Part shown: positions 61,607 to 64,000 of the stretch, in pieces
Layout: each line of letters begins with the position of its first letter
Position numbering within the stretch: the stretch's first letter is position 1
NCBI GenBank assembly: GCA_048013815.1
Contig: CM106586.1
Location: forward strand, 21,452,001 to 21,516,000
DNA from: Setoptus koraiensis
Lineage: Eukaryota; Animalia; Arthropoda
Length of the DNA: 64,000 nt
Reading direction: 5' to 3'
Translations under genes and position numbers: made by a program
The notes under the pieces: generated by a model
Told to the model about the DNA's origin: nothing
What the model saw: the letters and a program-made list of their open reading frames with translations, nothing else
The model's database searches: none

Positions 61607-63185
61607 GGGCCCCTCACCGTGCGATTTCGTGTGCACTTTCGCCCGGCATTCAGGGTTTTTTTCGAGCATAAATACAAAACGCGAATGGGGCGCCACCGGC
61701 ATCTCGCTGCCAGCAACTTGCCACTGGCAAGCGGACGCACTCTGGTTCAGTCTGGCTCGGCGTGGGCGTGTGTTTCGGCCGCTTAAGTGAATCGTAGCCC
61801 GAGTGGCAAATTTAAATGGCGATGCATGGGCCCGCGCCGCTCGGGCGCCTTTCTCGCGGGGCCGCTTATCGCGGTGCGTTTATTTGCGACTTAGCGAGCT
61901 GCTGCCGCCGCTGCCGACCACTCAGCGGTGATTCGTTTCGTCAGCTGGCGGCGGGTCCCTGGGCGCTGGCGCGGGCGCGAGTCCCGCCGGCCCGTGCTCA
62001 AGCGCGCGTGTGTTATGAATATGTATCGTGTGCGCGATGGGGGCGCGATGATCGCCGCCGCGGCGCACCGAAAGGGAGCCTGTGAAGTTGAGAGTCTGAA
62101 CCGGAGTTCAGAATCCGGAGGCGGCTTTAAAATCACACCCGCTCCACTGATCCATCATTGGCCGTCGCGGGGCCCCAAAGTGTAGCCATTGTCGGGCCTT
62201 GAGAGGCCGCTTGTCGGCCGTTGTCGGCGACACGGCGACTTGATCGATTGCTTTAAAGTTGACTGATTATTATATTATCTGTGCCGTATCTGCGTGCGTC
62301 TGTCACTGGGCTCATAATGGGGCCCATCAACTTGATACTATCAAGTTGATCGTGCACAACGCTGACATTGTGCGCCCTTGCGGGGATAATTCCGCTCGAT
62401 TCGCAGAGGAATCGCTGCCAATCGCGCTCCGAACAGCGACTTGCAACGGCCAATTGCGAGCGAGAGTCGGCCGATCGCGAGCGGGAGTCGGCCAATTCGA
62501 AGCGCGACTCGGCGAAGCTGGGCCCCGACTCCGCGCGAACCCTTGGCCGCTTGGCGGAATTATTCGCGAAACGGGCCGACGAGACCGACGAACACAGCGC
62601 CGGCAAGTGGCCACTTGGAGCCGACACTCGAGCGGCTCGGGTCGAGCCTCCGCAGCAGCCCCCGCGACACGGGCCCTGTGTGTTGTACATCACAACACTG
62701 TTGGCCCCCGACACGGGAGGTTACGTCACAGGCCGTTGCTTTCGCTGACGCGCGCGCTCCGTGTGTCAGCTTGCGTAATCTGTAATCAAAGCGTTGCGTC
62801 GTCGCTGATTGATTGCCGCCACTCGTTACGCAACTGCACGCTGCTTTGGCTAATTTGCATTCGCTTCAAACTTCGAATTTCGAACCTCGAACATCGAGCT
62901 TCGAACCTCGAACGGGCATATCCGCCCCATTATGTTCGCCATTATGGCCGCAATCGGGCGCGTTCGCTCCAGTTGCTCCGCGTTTGCACTGCTGGCTCGC
63001 TCGCCAGAGCGCTCGCTTCCTGCTCGCTCGACGGCCGCTTCCCGCACCGGAAGCGGCCGTCGGAGGGCGCCAGTGCGCGCCAATCAGCTGGTTGCGCAAC
63101 ACAGACAGCGAGCCGTAATGGCTGCTGGCTGGCATCGATTAGCCGACGGCCGTTACGGCCGCCCAATCGACCCGACGGCCGCGCG

Positions 63186-63300
63186 CAACTGTCCGATCGG
63201 GCCGCGACTGTCCGATCGGGCCGCGACTGTAGGATCGGGCCGCGACTGTCGGATCGGGCCGCGACTGTCGGATCGGGCCGCGACTGTCGGATCGGGCCCG
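63186..63300. repeat. 19-bp minisatellite (GACTGTCCGATCGGGCCGC)n, ~6 copies
   Basis: Read directly from the sequence. Confidence 0.9.
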
Positions 63301-64000
63301 ATCGATCGATCGGGCGGTCGTCGAGCAGCGCACGCCCGCTCGGTCGTAAACAAATAAAAAATGGCCACCTCATCTGGCGGCGCTGCTGGCAAATTATATT
63401 ACGTAATGGGCGGCTCGTGCCGTTACACTGTATGGATATTCCAAGCAGCGATATCCGCACAGTGGACTGAAGGACAGCGAGCTCGTCGAGACGGGTCGGC
63501 GTTGCGACCGCTCCGTCGGCGATCGACCGCTCCGTCGGCGACCGACCGGCCCGACAAGAGCCCAGAGCGAGCGACGAGGCTCGGCTGACTGCGAGCGGCC
63601 CGAGCGCGGCCGCCGGGCAGCGACGTTTGTGGTGGCCATCGCCATGGCAATTGGGCCATTTATTGCCATCAAATTGCGCCCAAAAATGGCCATAAAACGT
63701 GTAATCGGTCTGGCTAATTGCGCTCGGACATTGGCTGGCCGGGCCGGCGAGCGCCGGCGGAGGCTCGCCAAATCGGGACAGAGCGCTGACAGAGTGACGG
63801 CCATTAGCGAGTGAATGACCCGAGCGGAGCGGACCGGCTCTGTCTGTCACACGCCAATTGATGGCGGCGACATTTTATTAACTTGATATGATTTAGTGCC
63901 CATTTAGGATGCCGGTCGGGCGAGCGGCCCGCGTGCAAACGGCCGGCCAATTGGTCAAGTTGTGTCAAGTGCGATCGACTCGTTCATTGACTAACTCGAC

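Noticed and set aside
62259-63850. 403-aa (+) and 302-aa (-) ORFs
   Set aside because: Kept open by the 19-bp and 7-bp repeats; no family signature.

Overview
Eukaryotic (animal, most likely arthropod) genomic DNA. The compact, intron-poor genes and microsatellite-rich intergenic DNA would fit an acariform/eriophyoid mite, but that is inference only. Four protein-coding loci are supportable. (1) A 5+-exon TGF-beta/BMP-family gene (+, 15088-17095) with an intact ADMP-like prodomain but a dismantled or rearranged cystine knot. (2) An intronless 26S proteasome subunit Rpn2/PSMD1 (-, 17395-20655). (3) An intronless, highly degenerate SLC22/OCT-like MFS protein (-, 23113-25407). (4) The main exon of a single-pass Shisa/WBP1-like Cys-rich membrane protein with a polyQ tail (+, ~28606-29639). 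The first two lie in an AT-rich island (~13.5-20.8 kb). The rest, especially 29.7-64 kb, is GC-rich, GGGCCC-laden and full of short tandem repeats; its many ORFs are low-complexity artefacts. The most striking non-coding element is a ~780-nt imperfect fold-back (~32110-32890) whose arm differences are skewed toward G:U-compatible pairs on the + strand, making it a candidate long hairpin RNA (endo-siRNA precursor). No rRNA, tRNA, CRISPR array or intact transposase was found. All identities and counts are by-eye estimates.
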